This document shows positions 26,471 through 37,340 of a stretch of 64,000 nucleotides of DNA, one piece after another. Below the pieces are notes generated by a model, which worked only from the letters and a program-made list of their open reading frames with translations, searched no databases and was not told the DNA's origin. The stretch is from NCBI GenBank assembly GCA_028534125.1, contig CM052816.1, forward strand, positions 39,000,001-39,064,000, read 5' to 3'. Every line of letters begins with the position of its first letter. Within the stretch, counting starts at the first letter, position 1. This DNA is from Lama glama (taxonomy: Eukaryota). The position numbers and the translations under genes were made by a program.

Positions 26471-27884
26471 TGTCCTAAATGCCATGCCAATTATGTTAGT
26501 GAAATAAGCTCTAATTTCCAAGACAATATGCTGCTCAGGTCCTCCTCTTATTTTTCTTATTCTTTCTTTTCTCTTTTTCCCACTGGATTTACTTCTTCAT
26601 GTCCCTTATAAGTGTGTTTCCCAAGGTTCCATTTCCAGCCTTACACTACCTTTCTTATGCGTGCTATCTTCCTTGGAGATTTAAGAATCATCCATTATGG
26701 TGTCTCTCATTGTTCCTGCACTACAGAAGTTTAACAAATATTCAATCATCGATCAGGTAGTGAAACATCAGCTCAAGGCCAAACAGTGATATTAGAAATT
26801 ACATGTTTGTTACGTGTGTTTAGCAATCTTCCACACCTTAGAGTAGAAATCTTCAGCCTTCTACCTCCTCTTTCTCATATTTCTTACCTCTCCATCTCTT
26901 TCACCTTAACTTTATTATTTAAAAAAAAGTATTAACTCTGCAATGAGCTCTGCCCTTTGATAAACCAGAGTTAGTAAGTAATAACAGCACGAGGATATTC
27001 AAATCATGAAAAACTAGACAAGAAAAGAGAGTATTATTTTTTATTTTCTGATATTAAACCATTGAATGACTGTCTTCATTTTTAGTTGTTTCTAATTAGT
27101 GTTACGCAAATAATGCTAACTTCAATGCCAAAACAATTTTGGAAACCGCATTTATTTTATTTAGCATCTTCAATTAGGAGCTATTTAAGTGTGATGTTTT
27201 TAATAAATAATAGCAACTTTGAGGGCTCGAGGACCAAAACAAACTTATTTTTTAAATACGGGAAGTTATTTTCACTGGAAGGCTTTTACATAAATATGAA
27301 AGTAATTTGAGAAACAAGAGTGTTCATTGATTCATTTTTTTAAAATATTTATTGAACACCAACTGTGCTTCAGGCATCTTATTAATAAATTGACTTTGCA
27401 GTCTCTGACATCCAGATGCCAATGAACAGATTCCTAAAAATCTGTTGAGTCTCTTTAGATGGATTTAAATCTGTACAGTTCTCTGTGTGTTATGTGTGGG
27501 TGTGAACACACACATATGTATACATTCATGTGTATGTGTCCATATACGTATTTAGAGAGAGAAGCAGGTAATTGCGACTGCTGTTCTTGCTGCTTTGTCT
27601 TTGGGTTTCATGGGCCAGAAAATGTTTGCCTTGGTTGTTTTGTTTGTTTCTTTCTTTAGTTTAAAAATGTATCAAAGGGAAACTATGATTCTATATGGAG
27701 TTAAAATTTTTACTCTATGCCACACATTTTCATAGAAAAAATTTACATAAATCAGATTCATTTACTGGGTGCCTACTATAGTGTGAAGCGCTTTTATAGG
27801 TTTTTTATATGTTTTATAAAAAGCCAGAAAAGAGTACCTGATTTACCAAAAAAAACCAAACTGTCCACTATTATAAATTTTTAC

Positions 27885-28140
27885 AGATTTATTCAAGCTT
27901 AATTAAAATACAACAAACTGCACTTATTTAAAAAGGACAATTGGATAAGTACTGACACATGGACACACTTATGGAGCCATCCCAACAATCAGGGTAATGA
28001 AGATATCCACCAACTCCAAAAGTTACCCTGTGTCTCTGTCATCCTTCTCCCCCCATCTCTCTGCACCACCACCCACCCCCATCCAGGCAACCAGTCATCT
28101 GTCAATAGATTGTTTTTATATTCTAAAATGTATTTATATG
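27885..28140 (-). mobile_element. Old L1M 3' end
   Basis: tttattcaagcttaattaaaatacaacaaactgcac...ccaggcaaccagtcatctg. Confidence 0.65.
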
Positions 28141-28719
28141 AAGCGAAAAGAATGGAAGTAAACACATCCAAGTAATTGTTTTGGGGTGGTGGAATTATGC
28201 ATAATTTTTATTTTCTTAATTATAATTTGTTTTTCTAAAATTGTCTATAGTGAACATGAATTACTTTCATACCAAGATATGAGTTACATTTTTAAAAAAG
28301 AAAAATAAAGCTTTCCAAATCCCCCCGTCTCTCGAGGTAAATCTGATTAAACGGTGCATGAAATGACATCAAGACCTTCTGCCTAACATTTTTCATGAAA
28401 AATGTAAGTCTGTCCCTCGGGCAACATTGCTGAGGTAACAAGTTTTATCACTTAAGCTGCTTCACCTGGAATGCTATCCCTCACATCAATTTTAGTTTCA
28501 TCTTGGGTATATTAAAGGTCATATCAAAAAGTTACAGGAATAAACATTAATGTCAGTCAGTTTTGATTAAACTGGAGAACTCTCTCCCATTTTAGAGGAC
28601 CTAGAAGAGGGGGAGTTTTCCCTTAATATTTGCAATTGCTGTTTGTGCTTTTTAATGATTCAAGATTGCCTCCAGCAGTGGCGTCCTATTCTACTTTACG
28701 GATTCAGAAAGGCCACATG

Positions 28720-28945
28720 GAGCACAGATTAAGGGCATGGAGTCTGGAGACAGATACTTTGGACCTGAGTCCTGGTCCTTGAGCAAGTTAGTTAATATCT
28801 TTGTGTTCTAGTTTCCTCATCTGTGAAATGGGGTTGAAAGTAATAGTACCTACCTTATAGTTCTGTTGAGAATTTAATTAATTAATATTTGTAACCTGCT
28901 CTGAACAGTGCCTGGTATAATGTGGGTTCTAGAGAAGCCTTAACT
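28720..28945. mobile_element. MIR SINE
   Basis: ccttgagcaagttagttaatatctttgtgttctagtttcctcatctgtgaaatgggg core. Confidence 0.8.
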
Positions 28946-30594
28946 AAATAGATAAAATTTTCTTTCAATCATAAGGCTATGGCAGTTCCATTTTCTCCAG
29001 TCTCTTGTTCCCTATAGTAACGTAAAATACTCCTTCGGCATCTTGTCACACACAGAGTTGTGAAATATGCTGCATTTCTCCATGGGGCTGCTGCTCCCTT
29101 TTGACCTCCTAGCCTTTCAGATAGAGCGATTTTCAATCCTTTCTTGATCTTCCATCACCTTATCAAAACCTGCCTCTCCCCATGGATCCTGCTGCTCTCT
29201 ACTTTCCAGCATCAAGGCCGGGGGAATCTCCATGCTAACTTATTTACATGTTGTTCCTTTGCATAGGGCCTTTCTGGAGATAATGCCTCAGTCCTGGGTA
29301 TCCAGAATGGTGTGACACAGAACATCGGTTAGAGGGATGTTAGCAAGTGTGCTGAGAGAAAAGACGTCTAAGCTACTCTAAGGTCAGAAGATATGCTGAA
29401 TTTAGCAAAATTAACCTATGCACTTTTGAAGACTCCATAATTTGCTTATGTGCTGTGCTAGAAGTGAAGACAAGGTGTGCAGAATTTCCCAAACATCTGA
29501 CTGGTGGAAACTTTCATTCTCTCTCTATATTCCTATTAACTTCTTGCAGAGTTGGCAGAACACCACTTTGAAAAATGCTGCCTTTATTGAAAGGAGGGAC
29601 ATTGAGGTGAAAACATGCCACAGTCTTGTGGGAAAGAAACATTTCTGATTCACCAGTCAAACTACACCATTTTACTTTGGTGGCCAAAATTAGTTCACCA
29701 CCAAAATCCCAGAAGTAATTCAACTCCCTTCAACCTGCCATGGGCCTTTATGCGAGTATTCATCTACAAAAACAAAGGGCCCATGACACGTCAGAAGCTG
29801 CTCTCGAAGAGCACGTGCTGTAGATTAGAAAATATGAATCAGGCATTCCGGTGAGAGAATTTCCCCCTCCTCTGAGACCCTGAAGAGCAGAGCCAGCGTC
29901 TAGGTGTGGACGGATGGTGAAGGAACTGAAGAGCAGTGTGAGTTCTGCCCGGTCCACTCCTCACTGTGTGCTGCTTTGGCGTCGTCCTTGGAAACTCTCA
30001 TTCCATCTTCAGTATGAGAGCCGTACACCAGGGAGTCCAGCAAGTTACAAGGGCTGATCAGAAGAACGATGATGAAACAGAAAATATTTACTATGTTCAG
30101 CTCTTTGCGTAGGTTAAATCTACTTCCAGTCTACTTAGAGGGCTAAGTACTTTCCGTCCTGGCTAAAATCTCAGGGAGGTAACATAACAACGTTTAGAAT
30201 CTCAATAATACATAATAACAAGTCCCTTAATCCCTTCCAGGCACAAAAAATGTTCTCATTTTAATAATTAAAATGTTCAGCGCAGTATAATTATTAATGT
30301 TCCACACTTGCTCCCGAGGTAGTGCTCCTTCCTTGTCCTGGCACGGGCAAGATCTCATGCCCTCACTTTAGACTTAGAATGAGGATGGGAGAAGTAAGGG
30401 ACTGAAAAGCTCTGCTTGGCTGTAGACATACCTCTGGGGCTCTTCTGGGCTGGTGGATCCCCAGAGCTGAGCTCCTCAAAGACATTGCTGCAAGGCCTTC
30501 ACACTGTGATGCTGGCAATGCCTGGCCCCACCTGGTCATCATGATTCCTCCCTCATGCCCTGGGCATCTATCTGGAAGTTCATGTCCTTTGTGA

Positions 30595-31289
30595 TGTTAA
30601 AGTGATTACACAAGGGGGCCATTAGACCAGGTGGCTCTAATACCTTGGTAGCCTACATAAGCAAACCAAAACCTAAGCCAAAGTCAATTCTGTAAATGCA
30701 GTCATATGGAGAAAATAAAATTTAAGAACAACCAATCACAGTCAACTTGGTTCTCCCAAAGAAGGCAATCACTTAAGGTGTAGTCGATCAAATGATTTCC
30801 TTGCTTTGCTTCCATGTCTATTCTATAAAAGCCTTTTCCCTAACTGTTGCCAGAGGGGGCTCCTAACCACTGTGTTGACCTCAAACAAATAGACTGACTA
30901 ATATTTCTCCAGCGAAGATGTGTTTATTCATGATCAGCAGAGAACTGCAATTTGGGACCTGCAACCACAGCGAGCCCCATGCAAGCGCCCGCTTGGCAAG
31001 GGAAGGAGAACTCTTTTCTAGAGAGGAGAGAGGAGCTGGGGGGGGCTGTGGTAAACAAGAGGCCAGGGCTCTTCATTTGCTGTGTCCTCATGAGGAATGA
31101 GTCTTTCTTCATCCTGTTGGAGGGAGCGAGAGCTCCCCCTTCTGGTCTCCCAGCTCTATTTAAAGTTTCTGTTAATTAATTTTTTACAACTTCCAGTTTG
31201 GTTGCACCAATTCCAATCGATGTTTTCTCAAAAAAAAAAAAAAAACAAACCCTTGAAAATTTTAATGTGCCTCAGTTTATCCTTTAACA
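30595..31289 (+). mobile_element. ERV solo LTR (outer), interrupted by a second LTR
   Basis: Termini TGTTAAAG...CTTTAACA form an 8-bp inverted repeat. It has an internal CCAAT (aaccaatc) and a tataaaa box. Confidence 0.7.
30873..31188. mobile_element. ERV1-like solo LTR, copy 1 (nested)
   Basis: TG...CA termini, a 4-bp TSD with one mismatch (actg/actt), and end-to-end similarity to 41642-41979. Confidence 0.75.
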
Positions 31290-32427
31290 GAGGACATCAC
31301 GTTGTCCTTCCAGATAGGATCCCTCAGAGTTCACATCTGGTCCCCGCGAAGACACACCCTCGTGCCGTCATGCGGGTCAGCTAGGGCAGCGTACTCGGTG
31401 CCCAGCGCAGCTCCCTTCTCTCAGCTCTGCCACCTCAGGCTTCGGCAGCCGCAGCCTCCCGCACAGACGTCCCGTGCCTCCACGCCAGGGGCTCGCGCCA
31501 GCCCTCCCAGTGATTCTCTCGAAGATCCTTTCCTCATTTAGGTGACTAGGAATGGTGCCCACTCTTCACGACGGTGATGTGATGGAGATGTGCTGTCCTC
31601 CCACAGCTTTCTCCAAACTGTCTTTAAAAACAACCCTTTCTCATTGTAAAATGATTATAAGTCAATAAAAAATGTCAAAAAAACAACAACAAAAACAACA
31701 ACAAAAAACCCTTTCTCTTAGCCTACCCGAGATCTCTTATAGGGCTGAGGTAGGTACGAAGCTGAGGTTACTGCCATTGTGGACCATCCCCTTTCCGGGT
31801 TCTTCATCAGCAGTCTGTTGAATACCTTGCTACAAAATGTAGAGCTACTTTAAGCCTATTGTTCTGTTCTTCAGCTTTGGGAATTCAGTGAAAACTGAGG
31901 TAGAGTCTCACTTTAACATCCCAGTACACAACCAGTATCTGATTTTAAATGATAGACGTTCTTCGGTTATTCACTAGATTCTGGTGACTATGGTGCAGGC
32001 ATCAAGAAGGCAAGGACTTTTGTTTCTTTTTTAAAGTGCTGCATCCCCAGCTCCCAGAACAATGCCTGATGTATAGCAGGAGCTCAACAAAAATTTTGTT
32101 AAATGCATATATTATTTTACAGATAACAAAATGAAGGCTTCGAAAAGGTAAAAGTATCTTGTCCAAGCTCATTCACCTAGAAAACCATGGAGCCAAGATT
32201 TGAATAATTAGGGACAGAAAGCAATAAGTGGTAATCAGATGTGTTTTATTTAAGCTTCTTTTTTAAAAAAAGATTTTATTTTGTGTATATCTGTGACCTT
32301 ATATAGAATCACTTGCACAGAAGTTTCAATTCACCTTAGTTTTATAGAATCTAGAATTTGGTTACCCTGTGTTTCAGATATTCATGCTGGTTCATCAACC
32401 TAAGTGGCAACCTAACCTTGGATGGCC

Positions 32428-32461
32428 ACACTGCCATCTGGTGTTGGATATATGAATTGCA
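32428..32461 (-). promoter_or_regulatory. Candidate CTCF site (core plus upstream motif)
   Basis: Minus strand reads TGCAATTC-atatat-CCAACACCAGATGGCAGTGT. Confidence 0.6.
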
Positions 32462-32854
32462 AGTCCAGTGTCTGTATTACGCATCTTCAGGATTATGGTT
32501 TACTAAACTTTACATCCATTAACTGATTTCACCTTCACAACAGCCCTACAAAATAGGTACTATCTGCATGCCAATTTTATGGATGATTTATACAGCGCAG
32601 ACCAGGATTTGATCCCAGGCTATCTAGCTCCAAACCTTACCCCTTATTGTATTCTCCTGTTTCTCTAACACAGGAGTATTCGAGACGTTCAGATTTAGGA
32701 AATTCGAGCATTTCGAGACTTTCAGATTTACCTCTGAGTAAGCCACATAAACTTTTATTAGATAGCAATGGTATGTAAGAGGGCAGATTTGACTAAAACA
32801 GGAATCACGGACAAGGGTGCATGAGAGTTACCAATCCCTGTTTTCTTTGGTCCT

Positions 32855-33134
32855 TCCAAGATCAAGGTATTGGCAGGTTTGCTTTCTTTGAATGCCTCTG
32901 TCCTTGGCTTACAGATAGCATCTTCTCCCTGTCCACAAAGGGTCTCCCCTAGGCCTGTGCCTTAATCTCCTCTTCTTATAAGGGCATCTATCATATTGGA
33001 TTAGGGCCCAACCATATGACCTCATTTTATCTTACCTCTTTAAGGACCCTATCTCCAAACAGTCACATTTTGAGTCGCTGGGGGTTAGGATTTCAACATA
33101 TGAATACGAAGGGGACACAATTCAGCCCAAAACA
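32855..33134. mobile_element. MaLR MLT1A/B-like LTR
   Basis: tccaagatcaaggt...ctcttcttataaggg...attggattagggccca...ggggacacaattcagcccaaaaca. Confidence 0.8.
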
Positions 33135-35052
33135 ATTGTATTCCATTTTAAGGGAATATTATCAACCAACTTGCTCTATTTCAGTCTTTCTAAATGTCTT
33201 AGGGCCTCTGCCTCCGCACCCTTCTGCAACCTGCTTATTGTCACCTTATGGGGTTGTTAATATCTCCACCGGCCATCTAGTTGTGCAAGGAGGACGAAAC
33301 TCAAAATCATTTTATTGCTTACTCACCTAAATTTTCTTCCTCATTTCCAAGTATTTTAACGCTAATCCAAGTGAGAAAAAATTTTAGTCTGGTTTTTCAC
33401 CATGATAATGAAGCCTACTCTTTAGCATTTATCAATAGGCACTATGTGAGAAATCACATGTGATATTGTTATAAAATAATGAGCCACATGGAAATGTTTG
33501 CCTCATTACTTTATGGTTATTTCCCCTAAAGTTAATACTTCACTACCTGAATGGTTTGGAAGAGAACAGCTCTCCTCTGCTGAATCAGGAAATCTGATTA
33601 TTACACATCATTAATGTCAAAGAGCATATTTTAAAAAAGAGGTCAACCATTCTTAGTGAGATCAACTTTTAATGCTGTACCCATAATTTCCATACTGCTT
33701 CTATCTTTAAAATGCCTTGCAAGTTACAGAGCAGTTTCACATAGTTTTTTTTTAATCCTAATAATTCTGATTTGAAATAAGTATTCTCATTCTCATTTAC
33801 AGTTGAGGAAATTGAGGTTCAGAAAGGTTTTTGTGATGTGTCTAGGGACATAGTTAATAAATAGCAGATCTAGGACTAGAACTCTGATTCTAATCCAGAG
33901 CTAGAATAGTTTTAAAGGCCTTCCTAACATCCAGGCTAACCTCAACTTCTAAGTGATCTCTTTCCCAAAAGGTGCCTTCATGAGAAAATTTCATGGATAA
34001 ATACTTTTGGGGAATACTGTCTATCAAATTTTCCATTGGAAGAATCAGAGACTTGTTATCATTTTTATTTATTTTTATTTTTATTTTTGGCCTTTAATAT
34101 CTATTATTCCCTTTATTTGAAAACATTCAATAAGCTTATGTCTGAGTTACTGTATTTATTTATTTTTTGTTGCAGTTTCCATTTTTAAAGTTTGTGAGGA
34201 ATCCTGCATTAATGAAGCCCATTTAACTTTGCTTAATCTAAGCTTATTCCCAGATTTAATTAATCATTGAACTTTCTTCCACAAGTAATTGCTACTAACA
34301 TCCAGAGGATCTGCATTATTAACTGTTCTAAGTGAACAGTTTATTATCAACTAAATATTCAACAAGTCCTGAGAGCTACCAATATTACCTGTGAACAGGC
34401 CGTATTTTGCGTGAGAGTTTAGCAAAGATTAGAGCAACAGAGTGGCATGGAAAGAATTAAAAGGGTTTCCTTTTTTTTTTTTTTAGATCTTAGTCAAAAA
34501 GACTTGCTAAACTATAAATGCCATGAAAGTAAGAACCATCTCTAAACATTTTTGCAAGACACATTGTGCCATGCACTATCAAAAATATGTCTATTGGAGA
34601 AAAGTAGCATTAATTTCTTGAGTCGGTTTTATTAATTACAAACAATTGTTTATCAGAAAATTGAACAAATTACGCCTATTATTCTACTTAGCAAGTGGCA
34701 TAGCACTGAGGTTTTCTCATGCAGAAAGATCATTTGAAAAACTGCTATATGTTTAAGGGACTTTAAGGAACTTCTCAACATCATCACTCAATGATCCATG
34801 TCCCATATAGAGTTTTCTTAAAGGGTCACATTGATGGCAATAATATACTAGTAGGTCTTCAAGTATTTCAGAAAATAAGTTATCTTTCAATTGAAGAGAG
34901 GAGTAATTATATTCTATGGTACTTTTTGACTTTAAAAAAATCAGTTCTTTTTCCTTTTTTTTCTCTTTTCTATTCATTCGCATTCACTTACCTTTATTGA
35001 TCCAAATTTCTTATCTCAGAACTAACTATACAGTAAATGAATTTCAAAAGCC

Positions 35053-35195
35053 AGGTAGAGGTAAAAGTGTCATTATATGCTGACGACATGTTACTATATA
35101 TAGAAAACCCTAAAAGGTCCACAAAAAAGCTACTAGAGCTGATTGAAGAATTCAGCAAGGTAGCAGGTTACAAAATTAATGTTCAAAAATCAGTT
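35053..35195 (+). mobile_element. Young L1 ORF2 fragment, reverse transcriptase domain, running into the gap
   Basis: Open translation [46 protein letters not shown]. Confidence 0.95.
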
Positions 35196-35695
35196 NNNNN
35201 NNNNNNNNNNNNNNNNNNNNNNNNNNNNNNNNNNNNNNNNNNNNNNNNNNNNNNNNNNNNNNNNNNNNNNNNNNNNNNNNNNNNNNNNNNNNNNNNNNNN
35301 NNNNNNNNNNNNNNNNNNNNNNNNNNNNNNNNNNNNNNNNNNNNNNNNNNNNNNNNNNNNNNNNNNNNNNNNNNNNNNNNNNNNNNNNNNNNNNNNNNNN
35401 NNNNNNNNNNNNNNNNNNNNNNNNNNNNNNNNNNNNNNNNNNNNNNNNNNNNNNNNNNNNNNNNNNNNNNNNNNNNNNNNNNNNNNNNNNNNNNNNNNNN
35501 NNNNNNNNNNNNNNNNNNNNNNNNNNNNNNNNNNNNNNNNNNNNNNNNNNNNNNNNNNNNNNNNNNNNNNNNNNNNNNNNNNNNNNNNNNNNNNNNNNNN
35601 NNNNNNNNNNNNNNNNNNNNNNNNNNNNNNNNNNNNNNNNNNNNNNNNNNNNNNNNNNNNNNNNNNNNNNNNNNNNNNNNNNNNNNNNNNNNNNN
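35196..35695. other. Assembly gap (500 N)
   Basis: Run of exactly 500 N. Confidence 1.
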
Positions 35696-35832
35696 ATGTC
35701 AGATAATGTTTTGCCTATGTTTTCCTCTAGGAGGTTTATTGTATCTTGTCTTATGTTTAAGTCTTTAATCCATTTTGAGTTGATTTTTGTATATGGTGTA
35801 AGGGTGTGTTCTAGCTTCATTGTTTTACATGC
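35696..35832 (-). mobile_element. Young L1 ORF2 fragment (post-RT region), running into the gap
   Basis: Open translation [44 protein letters not shown]. Confidence 0.95.
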
Positions 35833-35959
35833 TGAAAAGGAGCATTTTTGTCCAAGAAAGACTGAGAACTGCTACCTATAGAAACTTGATTTTCAGATTG
35901 GACTGAGCTGAAAATTAAACTGGAATCTATCTATCCTATTTGGTTGCTCCATTCTCCCT

Positions 35960-37080
35960 CACATTTCTCTCTCTAGGGACTCCAATCTCTATGTGTCCCA
36001 AGTTCAAGGAGGCTTCGTTCATTATTTTTTCAGTCATGCTCCTCTGTGCTTCAGTGTGGATGATTTCTTTTGACTGTCTTCAAATTCACTGATCCTTTCT
36101 TCAGTTATATCCAATATACTATGAATTTCATGCATTGAATTTTTTATTTTGGATTTTTTTTGTTTAAAAATTTTTATTACTTGTTTATTTATTTTTGATA
36201 GTTTCCACATCTGTTCTGAAATTCCCTGTCTCTTTACCTATTATGTGTAATTTTTGTTATAGATTCCCTGATATATTTATTATGGTTATTTTGAAGTTAT
36301 CTATTTCTGACATCTGGATTGTCTTTCCTAGCAGCTATTTTTCTTTTCCTCTTGACTATGGATCATATTTTTTAATTTGTTCATATGCCTGTTCATATTG
36401 ATTGCATACTGAATATTATATTGACACACTATAAAGACCCTGGATTCAGTTATTTCCTCTGAAGTGTGTAATTTTTTTTTCTATCAGGTAATTGTCGGTA
36501 GACCACTTAGTCCTGATTTATAGTTTTTAAACCTGAAGTGGAGTCCTTCTGGGATTTTAATGGAAATCCTATTGTATTCATCAAAGCACTCTAACTCAGC
36601 AGAACCCTAATTCCAAAATCTGACAGTCCCATAGTGTGCATTCACTGAATTCTTTGCTAAATGTTGCCTTCCCTCAAGACCCTACATATCTATGGTTTAG
36701 GAGTCTGTTAAGCATTTGAGTGGGGGTTGCATATGGATTTGGGGTTTTCTCTTCTATAGCTCTCTCCTTTCCAGAATTCCCCCTCTCAATTTCTAGGCAG
36801 CTTCCAGTTTTCTCCTTTGACTCCTCAAGCTCACAATTTTTTACTTGAGGTCTATCTACCCTGGGCTGTAACTTGGATGTGCCATTAGGGGAAAAACATA
36901 AATGTGGGTTTTCACCAGTATGGTTCACTTAGGATTGAATCTCCTTTAGTTTATACTGGTTTTGTCAATCCTCCGTGCCTTCAAACAGTAGTTCTTTTCC
37001 CCAGGGTTTCTAATTGTTACCAGCAGGAGAGCTAGTCTCATACGAACAACTTTGCCATTATTGAAAGCCAGAATTCCTGA
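35960..37080 (-). mobile_element. Ancient L1M 5'/ORF1 remnant
   Basis: T-rich strand with gtcttcaaattcactgatcctttcttcag and similar ORF1 antisense signatures. Confidence 0.55.
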
Positions 37081-37262
37081 AGTAAAAATGAGCGGCACTA
37101 TAGAAGCCAAGCAGGAGTGGTAGAAGATAAAGTTGGAAATATAAATGAATGCTTACACGTATAAGACTTTGTAAGCCTTGGCAATGCGGTTGAAGTTTAT
37201 TCTAAGCATTACGTAGTTATGAGAGAATTTTAAGGAGTTATTCAACTTTATAAAGAGACAGA

Positions 37263-37340
37263 GGTAGTTCTGCATGGAAATCGATGGTAAATAATAGTAT
37301 CGGTAGTTCTACATGGGTATAGATGGTAATTAATAGTATT
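37263..37340. repeat. Diverged 39-bp tandem duplication (2 copies)
   Basis: ggtagttctgcatggaaatcgatggtaaataatagtatc / ggtagttctacatgggtatagatggtaattaatagtatt. Confidence 0.85.

Noticed and set aside
35037..35820. ORFs of 175-243 aa spanning the gap
   Set aside because: Artefacts of translating N. Only the L1 ends are real sequence.
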